DNA of 64,000 nucleotides from contig OY761159.2 in NCBI GenBank assembly GCA_963664395.2, positions 3,072,001 through 3,136,000 of the forward strand, written 5' to 3'. Under the pieces are notes generated by a model that was not told the origin of the DNA, searched no databases, and saw nothing but the letters and a program-made list of their open reading frames with translations. The translations under genes and the position numbers were made by a program. Shown piece by piece: positions 10,601 to 20,241 of the stretch. This DNA is from Candidatus Binatia bacterium (GTDB taxonomy: Bacteria > Desulfobacterota > Binatia > Bin18). How positions within the stretch are numbered: position 1 is the stretch's first letter; every line of letters starts with the position of its first letter.

Positions 10601-11098
10601 TTCCATCTGCCGGTCTTGAACCTGGTCGATAATCCCGGCTTCGCGGTCGGCTTGGAGCACGAGCTGACGGGGACGATTCGCAAAGGGGCTGAATGGATGA
10701 TTGCCTTCGCCCAGATACGGGTCCCCATCTTCACCGTCCTGATGCGCCGCAGTTTTGGCGTTGCCGGGAACAATTATGCCACGCCACGGTCAGAACCTTC
10801 GATACGCGTGGCCTGGCCGGCTGCGGATGTCGGCGGGATTCCACCCGAGGGCGGCATCGAAGCGGCCTATAAACGTCAGTTGGCAGAAGCGGACGACCCA
10901 GCCGCATTACGCGCAGAACTCAACGCCCGGATCGAGAGCGCCCGAGGACCGCTCGGCCCGTTAAACAAATTCCAGCTCGAAGAGATGATCGATCCCAGGG
11001 ATACCCGACGGTATATTTGTGAGTGGATTGAAACCGCGTATAAGGTGGTGTCTCAGCCGGCGCGGCTTGTGCCGCGGGCGTTGCAGTTCCGGCCGTAG
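7658..11098 (+). CDS. Single-chain biotin-dependent acyl-CoA carboxylase (BC-BCCP-CT)
   Basis: NRGEIA, HPGYGFLSE, GGGGRGM, RDCSVQ and NPRIQVEH (BC); SAMKM (biotinyl Lys); carboxyltransferase motifs; GTG start at 7658 after a purine-rich RBS. Confidence 0.92.
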   Translation: MHTRVLISNRGEIAIRIAKSATALGLESVGVYPAIDALSLHTRCMTESHEIGTAADSVGAYLNAAALVQTAKARGCDCLHPGYGFLSEHAPFAELCAAEGITFIGPPPEALSLFGDKVRARALAESLDIPVVPGSAEPMGSALEAEKLAHDLGYPVMLKAAAGGGGRGMRVVEKAEQMAEAFARCSSEAQVVFGDGAVFLERLVARPRHIEVQILADAYGNVVHLHERDCSVQLRHQKVVEVAPAPGLASTLREKMLTDAITLVKAASYVNAGTVEFLVSPETGEYFFIECNPRIQVEHTVTEQVTGIDLVEAQFRIAAGETLASLGLGDPHALGAPRGFAVQARVVATSTGSITAYKEPSGVGIRVDACGYLGYAPPPQFDPLLAKLICTSGSYAAAIERTLHALDEFHIGGLQTNLHQLRAILSHPAVRAGDARTSLLAEAPEINTASFSAAEGSALALLEQQAANMGKVSKTGGAALSSGQSSSTSSSTRMPALAVAEGQAAVKCPLESSVVEMRVSAGDSVSPGDTLLVVSAMKMETMVTASCAGIIAALQPLQAGDTVAAGQVVAVVSPSHADIPQATEGIQPWGSVLEEVTLLQHFAKQRLEPGSDDPGVVRQRSRGKLTCRERIELLLDEGSFREVGSVAGFASYDEAGAIAGFTPANSVGGWGKIDQRSVIVCADDFTSRGGHADGAIAAKSVYLDRLATEMCLPSLRLLDGSSGGGSVAAMVPAQKKEGESSAQESSGAIKAGRPRVAGGGGSYLPGHLGSSMYAEQLSTIPVVNLLLGSVVGIGAAKAVLGHFSVMVRDIAQLFVAGPPVVSHAMGYDITKEELGGWHIHCTNGSVDNLAESEEEAMEMTRTFLSYLPSSVYEVPPVRAANARDPNDPNDPVDRREEELATLIARKRTTTFDIRKAIRLMADRDSFFEIGLLWGTDQVAGFVRFNGYPLGVIASDSQHANGGALTADGCDKLTRHLDLCDLFHLPVLNLVDNPGFAVGLEHELTGTIRKGAEWMIAFAQIRVPIFTVLMRRSFGVAGNNYATPRSEPSIRVAWPAADVGGIPPEGGIEAAYKRQLAEADDPAALRAELNARIESARGPLGPLNKFQLEEMIDPRDTRRYICEWIETAYKVVSQPARLVPRALQFRP

Positions 11099-11182
11099 GT
11101 GGCTGGGGCTGGTGGAATCCCTCGGCCCATGATTGAGAGACAGTGATTCAGGTGCGCGAGTAACTCCTGCGGAGGAAAGACC

Positions 11183-12763
11183 ATGACTCAGGATACCCAG
11201 TCAGCACAACGGCCGATGCAAGACGACAAAGAGCGTGGGCAAATACCTTTGACCGGCCAAGAATTCCTTGACAGCCTGCAGGATGATCGGGAGGTCTGGA
11301 TCTATGGTGAGCGCGTCACAGACGTCACGCAGCACCCAGCCTTTCGGAATTCTGCCCGTATGCTGGCGCGGATGTACGATGCCCTGCACGATCCTCAAAA
11401 AGGATCGACTATCAGAACGCAGACGGATACCGGGAACGGGGGGTTCACGCATAAGTTTTACAAGGTACCGAAGAGTACGGCAGACTTGGTGGGCAGTCGT
11501 GATGCCATTGCCGCCTGGGCACGCATCTCCTACGGCTGGATGGGGCGCTCGCCGGACTACAAAGCCAGTTTAACCGGCACCCTGGGCGCGAATGCCGCAT
11601 TCTACGAGCCGTATCAGGATAATGCGTTACGTTGGTATCGTCAGACCCAAGAGCGTTGCTTGTTTCTCAACCACGCGCTGGTGAACCCGCCTGTCGATAA
11701 AGGGAAATCCCCTGACGACGTGAAAGACGTATACGTGCATGTAGAAAAAGAGACCGATGCCGGCGTCATCGTGAGTGGCGCCAAGGTAGTCGCGACCGGC
11801 TCTGCCCTGACTCATTACAATTTCATTGGCTTTTACGGTCCAACGCCCTTAGGCAAACCTGAGATGGCGCTGTTTGCCATGATTTCCATGGATAGTGCGG
11901 GAGTGAAGCTCATCTGTCGCCCGTCGTATGAATTGCACGCCGCCACGCTGGGCAGTCCGTTTGACTACCCGTTGTCTTCGCGCCTGGATGAAAATGACGC
12001 CATTCTGATATTGGACAAAGTCCTCATCCCCTGGGAGAATATTTTTGTCTACCGAGACCTGGACAAGGCCAACGCCTTTTTCCCCGGCTCAGGTTTTATC
12101 CCGCGCTTTACCCTGCATGGCTGCACACGTTTTGCGGTGAAGTTGGACTTTCTGGCGGGGGCACTGCTGAAAGCAATAGAAGCCATTGGCGTGCAGGACC
12201 AGCGCAGCGCCCAGGTGCAGGTCGGTGAGGTGCTGGCCTGGCGGCACATGTTCTGGGGCCTGACCGAGGCGATGACAAAGACGCCCGAGCAGTGGGTCAA
12301 TGGGGCACTTCAGCCCAACACGGAGTACGGTTTGGCCTATCGCATGTTGGCTCCGGTCGCCTATCCCCGCATCAAAGAGATTATCGAGCAAACCATTTCG
12401 AGTGGCCTGATTTATCTCAACTCGCATGTGAAAGATTTCAAAACGCCGGAGCTCCAGCCATATCTTGAGAAGTATTTACGCGGCTCCAACGACTACGATG
12501 CGCTGGAGCGGGTCAAGCTGCTCAAGATTCTGTGGGATGCAGTCGGGACCGAGTTTGGTGGGCGGCACGAACTGTACGAGCGCAATTACGCAGGCAACTA
12601 CGAAAACATCAAACTCGAAAACCTGCCGGCGGCCGTGGCCATGGGCCGCGCGGACGAACTCAAGGGGTTTGTTGAGCAGTGTATGGCGGAATACGATATA
12701 GACGGTTGGACGGTCCCGGACCTGATTAATCCGGATGACGTCAATCGGGTGGGACGTAAATAG
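11183..12763 (+). CDS. 4-hydroxyphenylacetate 3-monooxygenase family oxygenase component (HpaB/PvcC-like)
   Basis: [36 protein letters not shown] and [12 protein letters not shown] motifs. Confidence 0.93.
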   Translation: MTQDTQSAQRPMQDDKERGQIPLTGQEFLDSLQDDREVWIYGERVTDVTQHPAFRNSARMLARMYDALHDPQKGSTIRTQTDTGNGGFTHKFYKVPKSTADLVGSRDAIAAWARISYGWMGRSPDYKASLTGTLGANAAFYEPYQDNALRWYRQTQERCLFLNHALVNPPVDKGKSPDDVKDVYVHVEKETDAGVIVSGAKVVATGSALTHYNFIGFYGPTPLGKPEMALFAMISMDSAGVKLICRPSYELHAATLGSPFDYPLSSRLDENDAILILDKVLIPWENIFVYRDLDKANAFFPGSGFIPRFTLHGCTRFAVKLDFLAGALLKAIEAIGVQDQRSAQVQVGEVLAWRHMFWGLTEAMTKTPEQWVNGALQPNTEYGLAYRMLAPVAYPRIKEIIEQTISSGLIYLNSHVKDFKTPELQPYLEKYLRGSNDYDALERVKLLKILWDAVGTEFGGRHELYERNYAGNYENIKLENLPAAVAMGRADELKGFVEQCMAEYDIDGWTVPDLINPDDVNRVGRK

Positions 12764-12775
12764 GGAGGTTCTGAC

Positions 12776-14005
12776 ATGTCAACGAATGCAGCCGAGCGTC
12801 AGCAGCGTATTCTGGACATTGCCGCCGCACATGCCGACGATTTCGCCACGCGGGTGGCCCAGCACGATGCGGAGAGCAGTTTTCCGCATGAAAATGTGGC
12901 GGCCATGAAGGCGTCGGGCTATACCGCCCTCATCGTACCGGAAGAGCTGGGCGGCGCCGGCGCTACACCGCTGGATATTGCTGTGGCCCAGGAACGTCTG
13001 GCCTACGGCGATCTGCCCATGGCTATTGCCGTCAATATGCACCACATCGTGGTCTCCATTCTGGCTGACCTGTGGCGGCTTAACCAACGCGGGCAGGGCC
13101 CGCACCTGGACGCGATCGAGCCCATGCTCAAGGCGACAGTGACCGACGGCCTGATTTTCGGGGGACCGGTCAGCGATCCAAAAATGAACAGCTCGGTCGG
13201 CTTTGCCGGTATTAACGATACGACCCGTCAGGCGACCAAGGTGGACGGCGGCTACCGGCTGAACGGCAAAAGCGGTTTCGGCACCATGTCCGCGGGGGCC
13301 GACTATCTGCTGACGACCGCGCGCTATGAAGACCCTGACAACGGCCCGCAATGCCTGTTGTGCTTTTTTCCGACCAACACACCGGGCGTCGAAATTCAGA
13401 CCAACTGGGATACGATGAGCATCCGTTCCTCGCAGAGCAATGACGTGGTGTGGAATAATGTGTTTGTCTCCGACGATGCCGCGGTGTTACGACCGGCCCA
13501 AAGCTGGGACGCCATCTCCGACATTACCGCCTCATGGTGGGTGGCCTCCAGTCCGGCGTGTTATATCGGTCTGGCCCAGGCAGCGCGCGATTATGCCATG
13601 CAGTGGGTGGCTGGGCGTAGGCAAGAACCGTTTGACCAACCCATGACCCACTATCCCGGCAATCAGTTGCTGGCCGCAGAAATGGAAATCGGCCTGCGCT
13701 CGTCGCGTGCCATGCTGCATCAGGCCGTTGCTACCCACGATGACGTCAACGTGCGTACCCAGGAAGATCTCATCAATCTGATCTCGTGTTTTCAGTTTGT
13801 GATGGAATCCTGCCTTCAGGTGGTTGATAAAGCCATGCGCATGGTCGGCGGCGCGGCTCTGTTCAAGAAGAACCCCATGGAACAGATGTACCGCGACGTA
13901 CGGGCTGCGGTCATCCATCAGCCCTTTGCCGGCATGGAAGGCAAAGCCCTGCTCGGTCGGCGGACCTTCGGCTTGCCGGTGTATACCAGCCCGCGCAGTG
14001 TGTAA
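12776..14005 (+). CDS. Acyl-CoA dehydrogenase superfamily protein (possibly a flavin monooxygenase)
   Basis: VPEELGG, GGYRLNGK, WDTMSIRSSQS and MEQMYRDVRA motifs; 12-nt gap after the hpaB-like gene. Confidence 0.85.
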   Translation: MSTNAAERQQRILDIAAAHADDFATRVAQHDAESSFPHENVAAMKASGYTALIVPEELGGAGATPLDIAVAQERLAYGDLPMAIAVNMHHIVVSILADLWRLNQRGQGPHLDAIEPMLKATVTDGLIFGGPVSDPKMNSSVGFAGINDTTRQATKVDGGYRLNGKSGFGTMSAGADYLLTTARYEDPDNGPQCLLCFFPTNTPGVEIQTNWDTMSIRSSQSNDVVWNNVFVSDDAAVLRPAQSWDAISDITASWWVASSPACYIGLAQAARDYAMQWVAGRRQEPFDQPMTHYPGNQLLAAEMEIGLRSSRAMLHQAVATHDDVNVRTQEDLINLISCFQFVMESCLQVVDKAMRMVGGAALFKKNPMEQMYRDVRAAVIHQPFAGMEGKALLGRRTFGLPVYTSPRSV

Positions 14006-14124
14006 GCGTCACTTCGCGCCGCAGCCTGCGGAGTCTTTAGGAGCGTCGTCAGGTCGTGGTATGGTACGGTCCAAGAAAGCTCGCTTCGGTTTCCTGGCCG
14101 TAGTCGGCAGGGGAAGGAGTCGAT

Positions 14125-14325
14125 ATGAGTGCCGTCCATGAACGTTTTGTGACTGATAGAGATGGAAAGCGGATAGCCGTGTTATTGGATATGGACGAGT
14201 ACGCCAAGTTGCTCCGGGAATTGGAAGAACTCGAATCTCTCAAAGCCTATGACGCGGCCAAATCAACCCACGATGAAGCTATTCCGCTCGAACAAGCCCT
14301 CGCCGAAATCGAAAAGAATCGGTAG
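14125..14325 (+). CDS. Small antitoxin of a RelE/ParE-type module
   Basis: 66 aa, VTDRDGKRIAVLLDMDEY...EAIPLEQAL; GGAG RBS; stop overlaps the start of a RelE-like gene. Confidence 0.75.
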   Translation: MSAVHERFVTDRDGKRIAVLLDMDEYAKLLRELEELESLKAYDAAKSTHDEAIPLEQALAEIEKNR

Positions 14326-14729
14326 TGTCCTACTCCGTCGTTATCTTGCGGCGCGCTCAGAAAGAACTCGCCGGGCTGCCGTTGGACACGTACAACCGTG
14401 TGTGTGAGGCGCTACGCGGGCAGCGCATCCGCCAGGGGCAAAAGGTCACGATATGGGAGATGTCGGCCAACCGAGATGAAGACGAGTTCGCAGACCCGTT
14501 CCGGTTCGACATCGGTCGGAATCCGAATTTTCATGTTGGTTTTGGGCTTGGCACCCACTTCTGTTTGGGGGCCAACCTGGCGCGGCTTGAGGTCCGGGTG
14601 GTGTTCGAAGAACTCCTTGCCCGGTATGAGGGCTTCGAGATTGTCGGTGATCTCGAATGGACGAATAATAACCGTCTCGTTGGTCTGACCCGTCTGCCGC
14701 TCAGAGTGACGTCCAAGGCCGCCGCCTAG
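14325..14729 (+). pseudogene. Chimeric ORF: RelE/ParE toxin N-terminus fused to a cytochrome P450 C-terminus
   Basis: MSYSVVILRRAQKELAGLP (RelE-like), then SANRDE, DPFRFDIGR and FGLGTHFCLGANLAR (P450 heme motif). Confidence 0.85.
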
Positions 14730-14855
14730 GCTTGTAGGGGCCCTTTTTGTGTGGAATATCCATCACACCGAGGAAGCATCCATGACAGACTGTCCTATGG
14801 TATTTGATACCACACCTGGTTCTCTTGAGGTCTGCCAAACCTGCTGGGACCGTCT

Positions 14856-16754
14856 TCAGAGGGGTCGATTTTGACGCGTGATATGTGTGAGACGTGGGCT
14901 CACCGCGTCTCGCCACCAGAGAGGAATAAGCCCTACTGCAATCCCGAGGGCTGTCCAGGCCCATAGACTCGACTCTCCGGGTAAGCGCATCATCAGTTTC
15001 CCGAGCCCAATCAGCGTCAAAAAAACTGATAGCGCCAACAGGAGGGTGATTTTAAGGGCCTGCCCTAGCTGTCTCACCGGCAGCTGGGGAGGATCACCCA
15101 TGCGCCGCGCGGTGTTGCTCCAGAATCCCATTGGCCGCACCTGTTGGTAAAACCGATTTAACACGTCATCCGCAGTGCCTGGTGTCACATACGTGATGCC
15201 AATCGCTACCCCGGTTGAGACTACCCCCATCACCGCTAAGTGAAGCCATTCGGCATCGGTGGTTATCAGTAAGATCGGCGCGACGACCAATGAGACCGCC
15301 ATTGCCGCTAATTCGGAAAAGAGCGTGATGCGTTCCCAGAGCCAGCGCAATACCAGCACAGAACCCACGCCCGCCCCAAATAACAACGAGACAAACCAGG
15401 CTTGCTGAATGGAGCCGAGGTGGGTCATCAGCGTGAGGGCGATGACCAAAATAAGGACATTCGAGAGACGGGCGACAACGACCAACTCATGGTTATCAGG
15501 CTTACGCCTCAGCCAGTGGTGGCAAATCAACCGTTGGTAAATATCATTACTCCAATAGCTTGCGCCCCAGTTCAGATGGGTATCAATTGTCGAGGCCAAG
15601 GCGGCTAAGAGGCCGACCAACATGACGCCACGAATACCAACGGGAAGCAGATCATTGATGCCCGTCACAAACAGAATTTCTCGACTCGTAGTGAACGCAG
15701 CGTCGCTACTGAGGTTTGGCGTAAGCGGCGCGAACGGATAGATCACCAGGAGGCCCACCCCAATCACCAACCAGAGCAGGCTGCGTGCCACGATCTGCAC
15801 CCAGGTGAATACGAGGCTAGCGATCCGAGCATCGCGGTCCGTGGCACAGGCCATCGCGCGTTGGGCCAGGTATCCGCTGCCATCACTGTTCACTTGAAAG
15901 AACCATTGCATGCCAATAATGGCGAGAAAGGGCAGCAACATCTCGCCACCGGGCGGGGCAAACGACAACATGCTGCTGGCGGCCTCTGCCCCGTATAACT
16001 CTACGAGCTGCTCGGTCAGCGCGCCGAAACCGCCGACGTGATACCAGACGATACAGGCATAGAGCAGGGTTCCTCCCATGGCCATGCTTAATTGCACAAT
16101 GTCAGTCGCCACCACGCTACGCAGTCCACCAGTCATAGAATACAGTGTGGTAAACCCGACCAGAGCAAGAATGCTCAGCGTATTATTGGTAGTCGCCACC
16201 GCAGGCGCGAGGTCGGTTGCGCCCGAGGTGAGGGAGATGCCCAGCGCCTCAACAGTGCCTATAAGCCCCTGGTAGAACCCGACGGGCAACCAGGCATGCC
16301 ACGGTAAAAAAACTTCAGCAATCCGCAGAGCGGCCACTAACACCATGGCCATCACCACACAGTTAATGATGGTGCCAAAATACACAGCTTTGAGCACCCG
16401 AAGCAGTAAGACGCCGGGGCCGCTGTAGCGTATTTCAGTCAGTTCCGCATCGGTAAGCACACCGGCCCGCCGCCAGCCAACGGCGAACACAAAGCCCATG
16501 AGTAAGAAGGCAACGGCATAGATCCATAAGCGCCACACAACAAAGATACCGCCGGTCGCAATCAGGCCGGTGACTAAGAGCGGTGTATCAGCGCCATATT
16601 GAGTAGCGGCCATGCTCATGCCGGCCTTCCAGCCAGTGAGCGTTTTTCCGGCGAGAAAATACTCCTGTAAACTTCTGGAGGCCTGCCGGCGCGCGTGAAA
16701 TCCTGCCGAAACGGCATAGGCGACGAACGCCAGCACGATGAGCAGGTCAATCAT
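14856..16754 (-). CDS. Sodium:solute symporter family protein
   Basis: EYFLAGK, GGLRSVVATD, GYLAQR and STIDTHLNWG motifs; many TM helices; ATG at 16754. Confidence 0.92.
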   Translation of the reverse strand: MIDLLIVLAFVAYAVSAGFHARRQASRSLQEYFLAGKTLTGWKAGMSMAATQYGADTPLLVTGLIATGGIFVVWRLWIYAVAFLLMGFVFAVGWRRAGVLTDAELTEIRYSGPGVLLLRVLKAVYFGTIINCVVMAMVLVAALRIAEVFLPWHAWLPVGFYQGLIGTVEALGISLTSGATDLAPAVATTNNTLSILALVGFTTLYSMTGGLRSVVATDIVQLSMAMGGTLLYACIVWYHVGGFGALTEQLVELYGAEAASSMLSFAPPGGEMLLPFLAIIGMQWFFQVNSDGSGYLAQRAMACATDRDARIASLVFTWVQIVARSLLWLVIGVGLLVIYPFAPLTPNLSSDAAFTTSREILFVTGINDLLPVGIRGVMLVGLLAALASTIDTHLNWGASYWSNDIYQRLICHHWLRRKPDNHELVVVARLSNVLILVIALTLMTHLGSIQQAWFVSLLFGAGVGSVLVLRWLWERITLFSELAAMAVSLVVAPILLITTDAEWLHLAVMGVVSTGVAIGITYVTPGTADDVLNRFYQQVRPMGFWSNTARRMGDPPQLPVRQLGQALKITLLLALSVFLTLIGLGKLMMRLPGESSLWAWTALGIAVGLIPLWWRDAVSPRLTHITRQNRPL

Positions 16755-16851
16755 ACTGCGAGTCCACGGCTTAGCGATGACAGAGAGGTCTCCCCGTATT
16801 ACGGCGTGCAGCCCGAAGAGCCATTCGCAAAATTCCATCCTATTCGTAGGT

Positions 16852-16916
16852 CTGGATGCTGCCTTGGCAGGTATGACATAATACGGGCCGTCATTCCCGT
16901 GGAAACGGGCATCCAG
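16852..16916. repeat. Inverted pair of GTCATTCCCG...CGGGnATCCAG-type extragenic palindromes
   Basis: CTGGATGCTGCCTTGGCAGGTATGAC (16852-16877) and GTCATTCCCGTGGAAACGGGCATCCAG (16890-16916). Confidence 0.7.
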
Positions 16917-16988
16917 GGAAGAGAGGGGCCGGCTAAGAACTCACGTCCGTGAGGTTCGGTCAGGGTTGGTACGCTCAGAATGGTGGCA

Positions 16989-18203
16989 TTAGTTTCTCTC
17001 GCGTACCTCGAAGCCAAATATCCGGGCTGCGTTGAGCCCGAGGACCTTGGCACGTTCGTTGTCATTGAGCATCCCCATAGTCCGCTCGATCGCCGCGGCT
17101 GAGTGCGGCCAGGTCCCTTCGTGATGGGGATAGTCATTGGCCCACATAAAGTTGTCGACGAGTCGGTGTTCGCGCGCCAAGGCGAGCCCCGAAGGGTCTT
17201 CACCGAAGGTTGCGAACCCATGGGCTCGGAAGTATTCGCTGGGCAGGTTTTTGAGCTTTGGCCGGGCGTACATATGATGCTTCTTGTATGCCTCATCCAT
17301 GGCGTCAAGCGTCCACGGCAGCCAGCCGATGCCGGCTTCGATCGTCCCGAAGCGTAATTTTGGAAAGCGCTCGAGCACCCCGGAAGAGCAGAGATTCGCT
17401 ACCGGTTCGATTGCTTGTGTCAGCGCGTGGGCCGCGTAGTCAATGACCGCGCCACCGTTGCCCCGGGATGTGCGGGGGTCGCGGCCCGTCGCAATGTGAA
17501 AAGTAATGGGGAGATCAACGTCTTGAATAGCGGCCCACAACGGATCGTATTCGGGCAGGTTGTAGTTGGACTGCTCATGATCGGGCGGGCCCCAAATCGG
17601 TTTACAGGGAAGCGTTAAACCGCGAAACCCGAGCTTGGCTACGCGCTCGATCTCGGAGATTGCGGCCTCAATGTTCGCAGTGGCGATACAGCCCAGCGGT
17701 GCCAGTTGCTCCTTGTAAGGGCCAAAGGTCTCCCAGGCCCAATCGTTCCACACTCGGCACATTGCGTCTGCGAAGAGGGGGTCGGATGTCGCCCACATCG
17801 ACAGCCCCTTATTGGGAAAGATAAGCTCGGCGTCAATGCCGTCGCGCGCATGGTCCCGCAGACGTTCTTCCGGCGTTCGTCCAGCTCGATTGCGTTCTCG
17901 GTCTTCACCCTCGAAGACAATATGGCGAGCGCGCACCGTACGGAAACCCTCACCGACCTGAACGGTCGCGCCGTCGCGCCCTGTCTGCATACGCGGCAGG
18001 CGCTCCGTATACGTCTTATCTATACGCTCGTGCCATAAGGTTGACGGTTCGTTGGCGTGACAATCAGCCGACACCATGAAGTACTTACTCGGGTCATCGG
18101 CACGGGCGGTGCGTGGCCAGCTGTTTGCGCCGGGCGTTTCGCTCCGCCAGGACCAGGGATTTTGCTGCTCCAGCTGCTTATGAGTCGCAGGAGATTCGCT
18201 CAT
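16989..18203 (-). CDS. Amidohydrolase family protein (Amidohydro_2)
   Basis: SADCHANEP, PITFH, EAGIGW and WANDYPHHEGTWP motifs; ATG at 18203 with AAGGA RBS. Confidence 0.92.
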   Translation of the reverse strand: MSESPATHKQLEQQNPWSWRSETPGANSWPRTARADDPSKYFMVSADCHANEPSTLWHERIDKTYTERLPRMQTGRDGATVQVGEGFRTVRARHIVFEGEDRERNRAGRTPEERLRDHARDGIDAELIFPNKGLSMWATSDPLFADAMCRVWNDWAWETFGPYKEQLAPLGCIATANIEAAISEIERVAKLGFRGLTLPCKPIWGPPDHEQSNYNLPEYDPLWAAIQDVDLPITFHIATGRDPRTSRGNGGAVIDYAAHALTQAIEPVANLCSSGVLERFPKLRFGTIEAGIGWLPWTLDAMDEAYKKHHMYARPKLKNLPSEYFRAHGFATFGEDPSGLALAREHRLVDNFMWANDYPHHEGTWPHSAAAIERTMGMLNDNERAKVLGLNAARIFGFEVRERN

Positions 18204-18399
18204 CGTTGTTTCCTTTTCCTTATATGGTATAGGCATACCAGAATTCATATCAGTACTGAAACATGCCCTTTGGACATATGTATATTCTGAACAAAATGCT
18301 GGCAATTCTATTGCGCCGATTGCAAAGGCTGGCTGAGGTCCCTAAGAAGAAGCCAGCCTGTAATGGTACTGGTGGCAGGGCCAAACGGAGCGACTCTTC

Positions 18400-18550
18400 A
18401 TGACGGAACACCTCTTACCCGATCAATTCCAGGATCTTGCACCATTTCTCGAATGGGCCTTGGCGACGGAGCGTGAGCGAAGTGCGAAGCGCCAGTCGAG
18501 CACGATGGGAGAAATCAATGCTTTTTATCAGGCGATGCTCCCACGGCACG
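18400..18550 (+). pseudogene. N-terminal fragment of a small hypothetical protein
   Basis: MTEHLLPDQFQDLAPFLEWALATERERSAKR...AFYQAMLPR with GGAG upstream; runs out of frame into Rieske sequence. Confidence 0.55.
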
Positions 18551-19459
18551 AAGGGGGCCTGTCAGACTTTTACGTGCAAGTTCCACGGCTGGACGTACGC
18601 GCTGGATGGCTCGCTCCGACACATTACTGATGAGCACAATTTCTTCGGTCTCAAGAAAGAGACCCTCGGGATGACGCCGGTCTCAGTAGACACCTGGGAG
18701 GGATTCATCTTTATCAATGTGAACCCTGATCCCTCGCAGACCTTGTCGGAGTACTTGGGGGAAGAACTGCGAACAAGCATCACAGGGTACCCTTTTGAGG
18801 AAATATCGACCAACTGCTTTTCCTGGCACACGGACGTGAATGCCAACTGGAAGGTCGCTAAAGACGCATTCCAGGAAGTGTATCACATTTCCACCCTGCA
18901 CCGCAGGATCATTGGAGATGTGTATGCGAGTCAGTCAAATCCCTATGCCAATGCGCTCGACTTTACCCTCTTTCCCCCACACGGTCGGGTTTCGCTGTCC
19001 GCGAATCCTGACCGGCAGCCAACCGACGTTGAGTCACTGGTACAGGGCTTTGGCTCTACCGTGCTGCAGCAGAACAACAGCGCTTTGGACCCGCTGCCGA
19101 AAGGAGTGAATCCTACCCGGTATCCGCATTGGTCGTTCGACGGTCTTGCTCTTTTTCCTAACTGTCTCATCTACGTTTCGAAGGGGACCTATCTCACGCA
19201 TATTTTTTGGCCAATGGCGGAAAACCGGACGTGCTGGGAAATCCGGACCTACTCGCCCCTGGCCAAAACGCTTGCCGAGCGCTTCGGCCAGGAATACGGC
19301 AAGGTCTCCTTTCGTGACACGTTGTTGGAAGATGCCAGTACGCTGGAGCGAACCCAAACGATGTTGGGGTCAGGAGCGAAGAAGGAAATCGTTCTGCAAG
19401 ATGAGGAGTTGCTGATCCGCCAACACTATAAAGTGACGGAAGACTTTCTCAACGCGTAG
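18536..19459 (+). pseudogene. 5'-truncated Rieske ring-hydroxylating oxygenase alpha subunit
   Basis: FTCKFHGWTYALDG, WEGFIFIN and ANWKVAKDAFQEVYHISTLH present; N-terminal part of the Rieske domain missing. Confidence 0.8.
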
Positions 19460-19524
19460 CTCTTCGGTCGGATATGGGTGCGGAGGTGGTGACCCCGTCA
19501 TGAGGCGAGGTCACGCAAAGCGGA

Positions 19525-19956
19525 CTATTCCGGCAGCACTTCGCCGGAGCCGCCCATTTCGGCGGGCACATCTTTCTGTTTGACAATACCGTCGTGGATA
19601 CGCAGCACGGTTTCTCCGTAGAAGACGTGCACGCCGGGTTGAAAAGGAAAGTCCGGGATCACGGCAGCATAGACATCCGTCAGGCCCATGCCGGGATGCT
19701 CGGTAAACACGTGACCGCCACAGGTTTTGCACCACTTGCGGTGACTATTATCGGTCTTGGCATAACTCTCGATATTATCTGCTCCCTGGGTGACCTGCAC
19801 TGAAGCGGGCGGCCACAAAGTAAAGGCGTTGACCGGCCCTGCCGACCAATGGCGGCAGGACTCACAGTGGCAGTAGCCCATAGCTGCGGGAGCGCCGCTG
19901 ACCGTTAATTGGACTGCTCCACAAAAACAACTCCCGTTGTAGGTGTTCTCACTCAT
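19525..19956 (-). CDS. GFA/CENP-V family zinc protein
   Basis: GSCFCGAV, YCHCESCR and KWCKTCG cysteine pattern. Confidence 0.92.
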   Translation of the reverse strand: MSENTYNGSCFCGAVQLTVSGAPAAMGYCHCESCRHWSAGPVNAFTLWPPASVQVTQGADNIESYAKTDNSHRKWCKTCGGHVFTEHPGMGLTDVYAAVIPDFPFQPGVHVFYGETVLRIHDGIVKQKDVPAEMGGSGEVLPE

Positions 19957-19996
19957 ACTCGACCTCCTTGGTTGGTTCTCTGTTTATCCCAGATTT

Positions 19997-20062
19997 CCCC
20001 CTCACCCACAGTCGCTCCGCTCCTGTTTCCCTCTCCCTCAGGGAGAGGGGTAGGGTGAGGGT
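19997..20062. repeat. CCCTCACCC...CCCTCTCCC/GGGAGAGGG-type palindromic repeat
   Basis: CCCTCTCCCTCAGGGAGAGGG hairpin nested in CCCTCACCC...GGGTGAGGG; related copy at 22966-22988. Confidence 0.65.
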
Positions 20063-20241
20063 GCTTGCTCACCCATTACCTAGCCCCGTGAGATGAACCT
20101 CGCAACCCCGCGCTGTCGCAGCGAACCCCGCATCGGACATCCTACTGCTCTCAAGCCTGTTGCCATATAGGCGGATAAACCTATATGTTGCCGCAGTTCG
20201 GAATGTTGTCTTAGACGCAGCACTATAAGAGAGGGTTATGT

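Noticed and set aside
14782-14874. 30-codon ORF MTDCPMVFDTTPGSLEVCQTCWDRLQRGRF with a GAGGA RBS
   Set aside because: No recognisable family and it overlaps the symporter 3' end; it may be another stub but cannot be supported.
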